Shown: positions 52,481-64,000 of the stretch, in pieces
Layout of the letters: each line of letters opens with the position of its first letter
How positions within the stretch are numbered: the stretch's first letter is position 1
Assembly: GCA_951406725.2 (NCBI GenBank)
Contig: OX597814.1
Location: 41,416,001-41,480,000 of the forward strand
Reading direction: 5' to 3'
Source: Octopus vulgaris
Lineage: Eukaryota
DNA length: 64,000 nucleotides
Made by a program: the position numbers and the translations under genes
Notes under the pieces: generated by a model
The model's database searches: none
The model's input: only the letters and a program-made list of their open reading frames with translations
What the model was told of the DNA's origin: nothing

Positions 52481-52649
52481 AGGATACTTTTCTTTTCCGA
52501 CAGACAAATCTTTTGCGTTTATATGAGTAATATTAATAATACTTGGGTGGAATTTATAAATATTTAATGCATTGTTACGTGTGTTTCGACATAACATACG
52601 TGTCTTACGACCATAGACTGTTTTTCAGGGATAATCACAATATAATCCA

Positions 52650-54050
52650 TGACATCCGTGGATATCGGCTGGGTCTTCTTTTATGCTTTCATATCATGAT
52701 GCGATATGACATTAAAGTTTGAAGTAACGAATATATAACTGAAGGATATTTATCAGTTTTCACCTGCGGTAACTCATTTTCTTCGAATTTACAACTAGCC
52801 AGAGCAGCATGCCAATGAGATCTCAGTACATCTAGTGAGATATTTTTGTACACCATGCACAGCATGCTCTTATTGATGCAACGCAACCAGCTGCACAATA
52901 TCCAATGGGATAAATGCAGGATGTGTCGAAATGACCATTGTGTTGAATGAAGTTCTGTACTAAATCCATTTCACGTTTCATTTATCAACTACATATATAT
53001 ATCTGAAAATGCACTGGCATTTCTTTATATTTTATATCATTTTTATTTTTAAAGACTAATTTTCACAGGTTCATCTGAGTTTTGAAATGGGATTTGGAAG
53101 ACTGTAAAACGTGACATGAACAGCTGCAACGCACCTTGAAACAAACGTTAGGTTGAATTCAGACGGTTATGAGTAGCTGCCGGAGGCTCTGGTCAAATTC
53201 GGCTTTGAGACTGTTGCTGGAGGAAGATATATATGTTGCAGCTATGCTGTAACTCAATTGCCTCTAATTGGAATTAAAATAGTGTCTTCTTTTTAAAGAG
53301 AGTACGTGGGGGAAATCGCTATCTAGTTAGGGTACGTTTTGATTGGTAGAGTATAATCAAGTGATCAGGCTTTGAATGTTTTGTATATTCTCCTCTACGT
53401 CCGTTCTTTAATATCATGTGTCAGTAACTTTCGAGAGCCTTATTTTGGGGCTACCAATAGACATGTACTCACAACCGCATCGGCCTTAATTTTATGCTGA
53501 AAGGAAATAGTCACATATCATTATCATATGGACTTGGCGGTAAACAAACAGAAATTTCTATACTTACGATTCATGTGATTTTCCGCTACTATATTTGACA
53601 GATAATATTCAGAAACCCTTCGCCTTTTCTGGTTATCAGTAGATATGTTCACTCAACTGTTGCAGCTTTAAGAAACGGTGCCGAGCATATTGTCAGCTGC
53701 TGCTGTTCCATAATATTTGCTTCCAATTCTCATGGATTCCTTTGATACTTTCACTGATTTCCACTATGATATTGAAACATTGGATTTTTGATAAATTTAC
53801 AAGATATTTTTATAGGAACGTCAACGGCCTCAATGAGAGTTCACATGCTCTAAATACGTAGTTTATATTGATATTCTCGTGCATCACATCGTTTTCTCAT
53901 TATTCCAGCATCGAAGGTGACGTTCTCAATGCAGTTTCGGGATTTCATGGTTAATATGTTTGCCAATCATTCATTGTGTGTAACGTAATTATCGGATACG
54001 ATGTCCAAAATTTGTTATAATGACAAAACTACTGAATCTGACGTATAGTT
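52650..54050 (-). mobile_element. Probable second, heavily decayed Helitron RepHel remnant
   Basis: Weak ordered remnants on the minus strand, such as REYQ resembling EFQKRG and HWHAALASC...LPQV resembling WxxxLxEA...PxQLR. Confidence 0.4.
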
Positions 54051-54974
54051 GGTTACTACACCGTCCATTTATCACGAACATATTACAAGAGCCATCTACA
54101 CCATGCTGTATTAACGAAAATAAACTTAGATTTAAAATTGCAGTTATTACTGAATATATTTTCGATGGAGAGTTATGTCCATATGCGGCGAATTGAAATA
54201 AATCTCGTTAGTTCTAATTTATGATATATGAGCAATATTATGTTGATGACAGTACTGAAAATACTATCACCTGTCTACCTAAACTGAAGCTCCAAATTAC
54301 GAACGATAATTTTGTTTACGTTTAGGTTGTGTATGACAGTCAAGTTACCGAAAATGAAAACGGATGTCCAATTTGTATTGCAAGAAGAAAGAAACTCATC
54401 CTCATATTGGTGCTGTACTACACCAGATGTAGCGTTTTATGCATCTATGCTTTCAGGAGTACAATTTTGAAATTCTGCTACCTTGCTAATGTCATTATCG
54501 ACAGACAATAAGTAAGACACCAAATGATAATGGACATAGCACTCGCTGTCTTACATAAATGAACACATGAATGTGATTGTGTGGCATTGTGGAGTATTTA
54601 GTCATGCAATTTCATATGGTCTACTTAATAATTACATGACTGATATACGGACTGCACTTACCGAAAATTTATGTCCTACAATTTAAATAGGATCCCGGTG
54701 AGAATCTGATGAGATGAATGCTCATTTTCCTGTACAACACACATAGGCATTTGTGTTGTAAGAAAAAGAAAACTATTCATCTGGTAGATTTTTCTGCAAA
54801 ATTGGTAGCTTATTCTGAAAATTGTAGTCATCGTAGTTCAGTGCATTTCTCTTGATGATGATTTAAAAAGGAGTTTGCTTTAAGTACTGCGCCAAATTCA
54901 CATCATTTAAACATATCTATCTCATATACCCAATGCTAGCGTTGATTACCTCTCATTCTCTGTTAGTCTGTTTG

Positions 54975-55009
54975 TCCGTCTGTCACTCTCTCTCTGTTCC
55001 TCTCTCTCG

Positions 55010-55071
<62 letters not shown>
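54975..55071. repeat. (CT)n/(TA)n microsatellite
   Basis: Directly visible. Confidence 0.95.
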
Positions 55072-56069
55072 GACGTAGGCTTCGTCAATCATAGTATGTG
55101 GTTTTCAATACTCTTAGTCGGTATGAATTCCTACTTTTGTATGGGCTTATAGCCTCGGTTTTATTAGCGGTGTATATTAGATATTCTTCATGTTTATGGT
55201 ACAATTTCGTTTAAAACTGCGTTTATTTAATAACTTTCTCTCTTTATGGCTGCTTTGGGTGCATTTATCTATTAATGCTAGAAACGTTTTCGTATATTAG
55301 ATTTAATATTATATCGTAATGCTAGATTTAATATCAGAAAAATAATTCTAACCAAAATATGCAAACGATTGTAACCAAGAAGAAATATACAGTGTAACTT
55401 TATCGACAATCGTAAATTCAGTTAGAATTGCAAAATACTCGCGAAGAACTTAATATAACATATGCCATTCTAAAACTGAGACTGTATCCTCATATATATG
55501 AATTCGAAATATATTTTGTATCGCAGAAGTGATAACCAAAAATCAGAGGTCAACTCTAATTAATGTAACTAGCTAAATTGTGTAAATTGAACATAGACAT
55601 CTACTTTGAAGAAAGTATTTCACACCGATAGTACTAGTTTAGACAAGTCGAGCAAAAGCATATAGCACGATGAAATTACTTCATTTGGCAATTGACAGAA
55701 AAATATTCCTATTATTAGATAAATGGAAAACTACCAAAATGATAAGGGAATTCAAAAATCAAAAACTTGAAATTAAGGGCGTGATATTTGCAGAATAGAG
55801 GAATATCTCAAATTTCACCCTCCGAATGGACCAAACGGGAACGTTTAAGGAAATATATGCCCTTCACAATTAGGTATTTCGTAACTGGGACAAAAATTTT
55901 TCACTGAACATGCTCCTTCCAAACATAAATAATCGCACGTTTATGTATATCATGCCTGTGCATATGCTTTATTTTTTAAACTCAGATTTGTCTTATTATT
56001 TTGTATATATTTTCACTTCTAATTTCGCCCATAACACACCTAAAATTCATCTAATTTTTTTCTTTTACA

Positions 56070-56365
56070 TTTTACTTGTTTCAGTCATGAGGCTGCGGCT
56101 AAGCTGTTACATCACCTTCACGAATATTTTTTAGTCGAATGGCTCGACCCAAGTGCTTAAATTTTTAAAACCTGGTACTTATTGTATTGGCCTCTTTTGA
56201 CAAACGTAGGCACACAAACACACACACACACAATATGGACATCTTGCAGTAGTCGTCTACCTAATCCACTTACAACGCTATGGGTGGTCCAAAATGCTAC
56301 ACAGTAGGATTGAACCGGTAAACATGTAGGTGGGAAGAAAGCTTCTCGACACACGGCTACGTCTG
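56070..56365 (-). mobile_element. Decayed, internally deleted SINE family 2
   Basis: TTACTTGTTTCAGTCATGAGGCTGCGGC...CTGGTACTTATT...TCTACCTAATCCACTTACAA...GATTGAACCGG. Confidence 0.8.
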
Positions 56366-57106
56366 AGTCTGTGACTAGTTTTAACTTGACAACTTTACAC
56401 ACATTTTCACATATTTGATTTATTTTGTATTCATTTTATATACATTTTAGAAAAACATTATTTGATATTAGAGCGCATCGTTAAACGAAAATATCTCATT
56501 TATTCCGATTACGTTTTAGGTAATTTAATAGAAAGTTTATAATTTTTATCATTCTCCTAAAATTGTGCAGTTTTAACATTGGTTTGATATATATTAAAAC
56601 GACCGGTATGTTGCTATCACCACGATGATAATTGTGAGGTTATAAATATATGTATATGTATATATAATATAAATGTGTGTGTGTGTGTTTTCATATATGT
56701 ATACTTAAGCATAAATATAGAGGAATGTGTGGACTTGTGTATGTATGAATGGGTACGCATATCAGGAAGTATGTGAAGAAATACTACGCAAAGGGACTTT
56801 TACCTTGATATTAAAGAAGAAGGACTGAAACAGCTATACTAAACACTAAGTAAACATACTTCTGGCAATCACTATGGGTTTCTAATTTAGTTATGTTAGC
56901 AAACCACGAAGAAATTGTTGACTACTATTTTTTTCTGGAAGCATGGTAGATCCGTTAACATTCGTTTCTGCCACGTTGAGCGTCAGATGGATACCATTGA
57001 CTAAACTATATGTAAGACATCTGCCTTCAAGAAATGGATGAAACAGGAGTAGAAATTGTATAAAAAATATGATCCAAATTGCTTTGCATTCCTGAAAAGA
57101 AATAGG

Positions 57107-57169
<63 letters not shown>

Positions 57170-57957
57170 CACAAGGTATTTACAAATTTGTTTGAACAAA
57201 AAAAGATTGTTAGAATAAATTTTTCAAAAGATAATTCGACTTCCACCAAAATATTTACTACATTTTGTCTCTACATAATATGTTAGGCGATAATGCAAAA
57301 TACTTCCTCGGTGATGTAGAGTACATAGGCAAGCACACGTTAAAAATTAACATTTGCCTTTAGAAAGAAGACCGGTTCCTACTCAATTCATTTCCTAATG
57401 CTTGGAATTATTCTTCCTAATGTTATACAGAGGCCAGGAATAAGAGTCCGATACTTCCAGAAGAGATCTGCTTTCATCTCTAGCCGCAGAAATATATAAC
57501 TGTGTACGTCTTAACGGTATTTTCTTTCACTTTTTTAACATCCAAACAAAGAAGTGAAAGTGATTCTGCTTGGTCAGATAAGCGCCACCAGTGATAGTCT
57601 CCCTTACAAGTATGAATACAAGAGTTCATAATCGCCACGCAAACGATAACAGTTCTCTTTGTGAATTCCTCCAGTACATTTAATAGTGTCATCTGTAAGG
57701 CTATTCTACTTATCCTATTGAATTATTGTATTCTGCAACAATTTTTAAAATTCATTGTCTTCGCGTATGAGTTTCTATCGTGATTTAAAATGCAGAGTAG
57801 TAACCAAGAACAGCAGGAATACTTGAATGATGAATGCTACTTAAATTCATCTTATTTCCTGATGGTAGTAGACTACATCCTAAAAGAAAGTCCTGACGCT
57901 ACCCAAGTAAAGGCATCCCTATAAATCAGAAGCAGTCGAATCACATTAACGCGTATA

Positions 57958-58610
57958 TATATTTTTATTATGGCCACACAGGGCTAAACACAGAAAATAG
58001 ACGAAATACAATGTAGAGCTTTTCTTTTCGAGGTGGGATTGGTAGGACACATAAAGAAAAAGTCCGATCAATAGGGATCGTTGGGCTGTGTTAAGTACAA
58101 AAATGGAAAGACGTATATATATATAAAGTTCCCAAAAAAAAGGTGGGGGGAAACGATATTGTTTACAGTTTAGGTGTAGCCTTGGAAAGAAAAACCTACA
58201 AAAAAGACCAAGGTCACCTCAGGCAGTTCAAAATGTCCATAAGAGTAAGAAACTTTCCCCTCGTTTTCTATTTTCGTTACAGATTTATGATTAAAATGGT
58301 GTTGTCATTCATACTGACAATTCTTGTCACATTTACACATTTTTTATTGAAGCTTTCATTCGACAATACTTTCCTCTCTATTCTCATCCTCCATTTCAAG
58401 TGGCACTTGAAAAAGTTGACGAGAGATTGACCAGAGAGGAAAGTGATTGTTTGTAGGCCTTTCAAACGCGTCCACCACACGCATTCTTTCGTCATGGCTA
58501 TCAGTGTTACGGAAACTGTTTTTCGTTCCCGTTTAAAAGTAAGTGGCGGAAGAACATACACGATAGACTCGGCTGAGAAGCGTGCCCTATATATATGAGG
58601 CCTTGGGTAC
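57958..58610 (-). mobile_element. Tx1/L1-clade LINE 3' fragment
   Basis: IAMTKECVWWTRLKGL...SGQSLVNFFKCHLKWRMRIERKVLS is homologous to the C-terminus at 400-560. The 3' end reads TGTGTTTAGCCCTGTGTGGCCATAATAAAAATA. Confidence 0.85.
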
Positions 58611-59336
58611 ACTGATGTTTATGTCCTCACAGATCATTACTGTGAAATGCACAGTATTTGTGAAAATCATTTGATAAAAATATATGAGCCTAATTCATTC
58701 AGTTTCTGTATGGAATGAAGACTAAATGCATGATAATCAATGAAGTTCAAAGCTATGATCAAATTTCATCCAATCATAGTACACGAATCGAGGTGGTCAG
58801 TGAGTTGAAGAAGCCTGGGTTCTCTAATGCTGATAGTGAGAAAGTGTTATTTACATGAAATAGCCTAAACATGAGAACTTGTAAACGGCATCGAAATATC
58901 TCAGCGTTAAGTATTTTCAACTCAAATAAGACTGAACTTCTTCAGCGACTGCATAGGGAGCATATTTAAATATGGATCTGAAACTTGAACCATAAGTAAA
59001 AAAAGCTATCAGAAAAGCGGTCATTTACACCAGTCTTTATATGTATATATGCACATGACTATTTACAAATATATATGTTCGCATACCTGCGTACCTGACG
59101 TATGTAAAGATATATATGCATATATCCATACACACGATATGCACGTATGTGTATATATATATATATATATATATCAAGAGAGTGAGTGAGAGAGTGAGAG
59201 AGAAAAAGAAACTGAGTATGTGAATTGATAGATGGTATGGAAATCATATATTGATATATAGTTGCAGAAAATAGGAGCGGTAAGGAGTCGGACACGTAGA
59301 TTGATACGTACATGGAAAGAGAACAGAGAGCGAGAG

Positions 59337-59379
<43 letters not shown>

Positions 59380-59737
59380 TACAGAGAGAGATTACACGAG
59401 AGAATGTCAGCGAAAAAGAAAGTAATGCATTAAAATATCAATAAATCAACGGTGGAAAATGATATTTCGATTAAGTTGCTATGTTGCAGATATTGCAAAG
59501 ATAGGAGATTGTCATATAATTTCATTACTTTCGATTTGAAGAAATATTCACCAGGCCTAACTTACTTTCAGTTGAAGATATAAGACTTCATACTTAAATT
59601 TAAACATGGCAACCAAAAAATTATGTTGTTTAACATGATCGATTGCTTGATGGTTATCTTTAGTTAAATATTGCAAATATTCGCAACAGATCCATATCTA
59701 CAACTAACTCCGGAATCAGCATGTACTGCATTTGCAT

Positions 59738-59908
59738 GGCGGTTATTTGGCAGAATCCTTAGCACGCCTGGCAAAATGCTCGGTATCATTCCGTCCGTCG
59801 TTATCTCCTATGTTCAAATGCCGCTGATGTCGACTTTGGGTTTCATCATTTCATAGTGAATAAAGTAAGTTCCAGTTGAGTGCTGCGCTTGATTTAAACG
59901 AGTTAGCA
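59738..59908 (+). mobile_element. Decayed SINE family 1
   Basis: GGCGGTTATTTGGCAGAATCCTTAGCACGCC...GTTCAAATGCCGCTGATGTCGACTTTGG...CCAGTTGAG. Confidence 0.8.
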
Positions 59909-60159
59909 CCGAATTTATTTTCTCGTGTCATGTTATGAATCTAATATTTCTTTCATTTACATATGGGTATGGTTACTGTATAAGTTCCCTTTTAGACTAA
60001 GAGGTTAAGAAAAAAAGAATAATTGCTTACTTCCTATTATAATAACATCATAAATTACAAAATAGAATACACTCGCTTTATTTGGGGGAGGCGATGATAA
60101 ATTGAAAAATAGTTATTTAATTAACACCTGAATTAGTGGTGATGAGGTGTATCTCTTTT

Positions 60160-60591
60160 ATATTTCATCTTTTAATCTTTAGTGCGGGCACGCTGGCGCA
60201 CTGTCTTGAAGGAATTTAGTCCAATGTATCGACCCTAGGACTTTACTTTTAAAGTCTGGTACTTATTTGACCGATATACTTTACGCGAACCCATACGTTA
60301 CGGGGATGTAAACACACCAGCACAAGCCGTTGAACAGTGGGGGGAGCAAACACAAGCAAAAAGGCACGCCCACATAGATAGAAGCAGACACACATACACA
60401 CACATACGTATATGTGTGTGCGTGTGTGTATACGACGGTTTTCTTTCAGTTTCCATCCACCTAATCCAATCACAAGGCTTTCGCCGATCCGAAGCTATAG
60501 CAGAAGATATTGTCCAAGGTGCCACGCAGCGGGACTGAACCCGGTACCATACAGTTGAGACATAAGCTTTTTACCATAGAGACACGCCTGT
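60160..60591 (-). mobile_element. Full-length SINE family 2 (tRNA head, CORE-like domain, internal TG tract)
   Basis: Minus strand CAGGCGTGTCTCTATGGTAAAAAGC...GGGTTCAGTCCCGCTGCGTGGCACCTTGGACAA...; the 3' half matches the 6890 and 30010 copies. Confidence 0.9.
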
Positions 60592-60952
60592 ATTGTATTA
60601 TATATCTACAGTGACGCCTAAACACTGGTGCATTAATCCCACAATAAAGACAATTTATAATTAATATTCCAACTTTCAAAATATGTTGGTCTTCTGTTAT
60701 AAAACGTATGCAAAATGCTGTATAGAATGTAATACAATAAACTATAGTGCAATATAAGACATATAGAAGGCAACTGTGATTTAAAGCCACAGTTACGTAC
60801 ATAAAGCTACTTGACATTATCGATAATCAAGACTTGTTCAGTGTCATAATAATGCCAATCATACAGGAAGGCCTGAAGTTATTTCTGCAATTCCTGTATT
60901 CAGCTTAATATATGTAAATAGTTTAAGTGCGATGATGGCTTAGTTGGCAGAA

Positions 60953-61060
60953 ATTTCGTAGTCACAGTCAATAACATTTTCGTAATATTTTTCTTGTTAT
61001 ATATATATATATAAATATTTCGTAGTCACAGTCAATAACATTTTCGTAATATTTTTCTTG

Positions 61061-61132
<72 letters not shown>
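60953..61132. repeat. Tandem duplication (45-bp unique part, period 64) plus (TA)n
   Basis: ATTTCGTAGTCACAGTCAATAACATTTTCGTAATATTTTTCTTGT at 60953 and 61017. Confidence 0.92.
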
Positions 61133-61136
<4 letters not shown>

Positions 61137-61199
61137 TTAGGGTAAATTTGACGGAAGACACAATATCCTTTACAAAAATAAATTATATAAAGAAATACA

Positions 61200-62250
61200 A
61201 GACGTGTGAACAGGAGTAAGATTTGGAGTTAGCAGTTTGCTCAGACAATTTCCTTTTCGGCAATGGTATCGAGACAACTCTGAATCCGGCGAAAGTGTTT
61301 CTTGCTATGTCTCTAGAAACATATTTATATATGTATGCATGTTTGGAAATGTTTGAAATATGGAATAATTTTAATATACCACAGGAGTTAACAATGAAAG
61401 CTAAACTCAATTTGAATGCAATTTCTACAAATGAGTTTCATTCTTTGAAACATTTTAAAAACAAAGCAATTCATAAAAGCTATTTTGATGCAGTGAGAAT
61501 CCAAGAAGTAACAAATGATTGATTATTTTCCTAATAGAGAGATAGGTGTTAATTATAACATTAATATCCACGTTTTAAGAAGCACGTTATTTGACAGAAA
61601 ACATAATACTGGGAACCTTCGCTCTACAATATCCTGAAATTAGGTGCAAAATTAGAAAGCAGTATTTTGAACTCTGAAATGAGATTGATGTTGCAAAGCT
61701 AAGGAAAACAATGTCAGATAAGAATTAGAATTTTATTCTTGATATGATCATTCATTACGCAAGAATATCACCTCATCTCGAGATTCAATCTGGATTACAA
61801 ACCGAGCAAAGGAACAAGTGACAACTAATTTTCCGCTCGTCAGCTGCTAGTGAAATGCATTAAGCTATTTTGGTGTATTTCATTGACCCAGTGATTTCAT
61901 TAAGTCCTTTTTCATTCAGCAAACTCCTTGAACTGGTAAATTTCCAAATATTATGAGACCTTATCATTATAATATAGGAGATTATGTTTTATTTGGTAAA
62001 AGGCGCTTAGAATGCTGGTGAAATGTAATATGATACATCACCTATTTTAATTGCCATATTCGCTACAGTATTTCCCTGGGATATTTTTGAGTATTTATTT
62101 AGGCAATATATCCAACGTCAGACTACTTAATTCTATGCCACTCAAATTTTGAATCTCACAAGAGATATCTTCTTCAGTGATGAAGTGGGTATCTTTCTAC
62201 ACAATGAAAACTATGTCCAAGCTCAAAAGGCTATAACGTGTTCCAAAATT
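61200..62250 (+). mobile_element. Heavily decayed RTE-clade LINE RT fragment
   Basis: NPAKVF...EMFEIWNNFNIPQEL, IFRSSA/SARQLLVKC...YFIDP and RDIFFSDE resemble IPAE...IW...IPQ, IFxARQLQEKC...FIDL and LLFADD. Confidence 0.6.
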
Positions 62251-63947
62251 TAATAAAAACTATTCGAACTCTTATTCTTTAACGCTTCTTCATTGAACAT
62301 CTTTTGTGAGTTTAAAACAAACTATTAACGTATAAGGCTAAACTACTCTTCCTCTCATGTTATATATAGACGCAACATTTCTGAATTATATTTGAAATTG
62401 AATACATTCAGCATGAAAATATAATCCTCACTTTAGACTCTGACATATATAAGAAATGATAGCTAAATATTTTCATGGAGTATACCTTGTTTGTTTTCCT
62501 CTTGATCTATGGCGATGGAACATGAATATTTTATTCAAAATGCATAAACAATTAGAAAGGCGCTTTTTCAGTAAAATATATTCGACAAATATATGCGTGT
62601 ATCTATGAGAGGCTAAAAGAGCTATAATCAGTGCCTTTTTGTTAGTAAATATGAGCTTATATGCTTCCTTGCATTGTAACAAACTGAAGTGAACTAGCCA
62701 TATTTTTATAAGAATAATAAGTGTTGAAATGTCTCTACAATATCGTAAGCTAGTTTCTTGTAACAAAATCCTTAACTAAGATTGTTTTCCGAAAAAAAAA
62801 GGTAATATTCAAACGTGTGAGTGTTAAAAATCCCAGCACATAAGTAATAGTAAAGAAGTGACATATTCAAAGCATCTATGCCTTGAATATATTACATTTG
62901 AAATGAAAGTGAATCACATCAATAAGACAAAAGTGGAACAAGACAGAAGAATGTGAAATACTCAAAGAATCAATAAACTCATGAAATGTTCAAATTTGTC
63001 TCTCCGATATTTTTTAAACACAACGGTACGTGAAATAAAACACATAAATAACAGATCATGGCTACTTCAAAGAACATATATTTCCTAAATTTATAAATGT
63101 TCCATTTTTATGAGTGGTATAAAGTCAACTTTGTCTCTATGGAATGCCAAATGATATGATTCGCTATTGTATTTAACTAATAATTGTAATTAAATACACG
63201 CGATAAAATAATTGTAAATCGTCCATTGGGCTAGTATGTTATTTTAGCTCATTAATGAGGAATTTTTATCCCATATCTCTCATGAGGTATATCAAAACAA
63301 CAGCAAATATGCATAGACAGAGCATGAGGGAGAGCCAGCCGTGTGGAATTTGTCAAGAGAAGGGCTTCTTCACACGCAAATTCCCAGAGTGGAAAGGAAC
63401 ACTTACTCAAGGGATATATCAGATGCCTCCATGAAGAAGATATACACACAAATACTGGAGAAAGAAATACATAAAAATTCAATTGTAACAAGTGCACCCT
63501 CGCTCGAGATATTTGATGATGTCGAAAATAGGTTGACCACAATATGTTGTCTAAGAATGCAATATGCAATATAAACATAAGCAAGGGAGATAACTTGAAG
63601 ATTCCCTATGTTTTCTAAGCAACCAGCAACGGGATAAAGGTTTGTTGCCTAAATTCTGCGTCTCGTAAGATGACGGGATTGATCAGAACATTGAAATTAA
63701 AAGATCTAAATACTAGAATAATTTGCAAATTTTTCTTAAAATAGAAGGAATATGCAATGTAGCTATATCCGAACGAGGTTGGCAACTAAGGGTTTCCTGC
63801 CGAGGTATGGAGATTTACTGCTCTCAGTAGCATAGGATGAAAAAGAGAAATGAATACATGCGCATGATGGCTGACACCCAAGCACGATCATGTAGCGATT
63901 TGCTAAAACATTACAAACCACTACAGAAATATTTTCATATATATATG

Positions 63948-64000
<53 letters not shown>

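Noticed and set aside
52572-52632. Minus-strand CTGAAAA...GAAACACACGTA
   Set aside because: G8 is missing, and stems I and II do not form.
54326-54511. Exon-like segment TTTAG|...|GTAAGA
   Set aside because: All three frames contain or end in stops; no homology recognised.
63318-63500. PCGICQ...FNCNKC, possibly a decayed PHD finger of a LINE ORF1
   Set aside because: Needs frameshifts and lacks the central Cys/His ligands.

Overview
AT-rich, microsatellite-dense eukaryotic DNA with no intact protein-coding gene. The SINE families and repeat style look like an Octopus (coleoid cephalopod) genome; this is an inference. Most of the window is decayed transposable elements: two Tx1/L1-clade LINE 3' fragments, several R4/Dong-type (RT + restriction-like endonuclease) LINE fragments, RTE fragments, a near-complete mariner, a maT/DD37D-type element, Helitron remnants and about 15 tRNA-derived SINE copies. 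Nearly all long ORFs in the ORF track are microsatellite read-throughs or TE fragments. The most interesting signal is a set of short non-coding repeats, mostly next to (TA)n or (CA)n tracts, that carry type I hammerhead-ribozyme cores and fall into at least four sequence families. The best example (39776-40488) is a 598-bp unit plus a 115-bp repeat of its start, containing an intact hammerhead, as expected for a retrozyme or non-autonomous Penelope-like element. Other observations are a dimeric SINE carrying a Tx1 LINE 3' tail, a chimeric R4-type LINE, and a TE-free island near 20-23.5 kb that may hold the 5' end of a minus-strand gene. All calls are by eye; no database searches were run.
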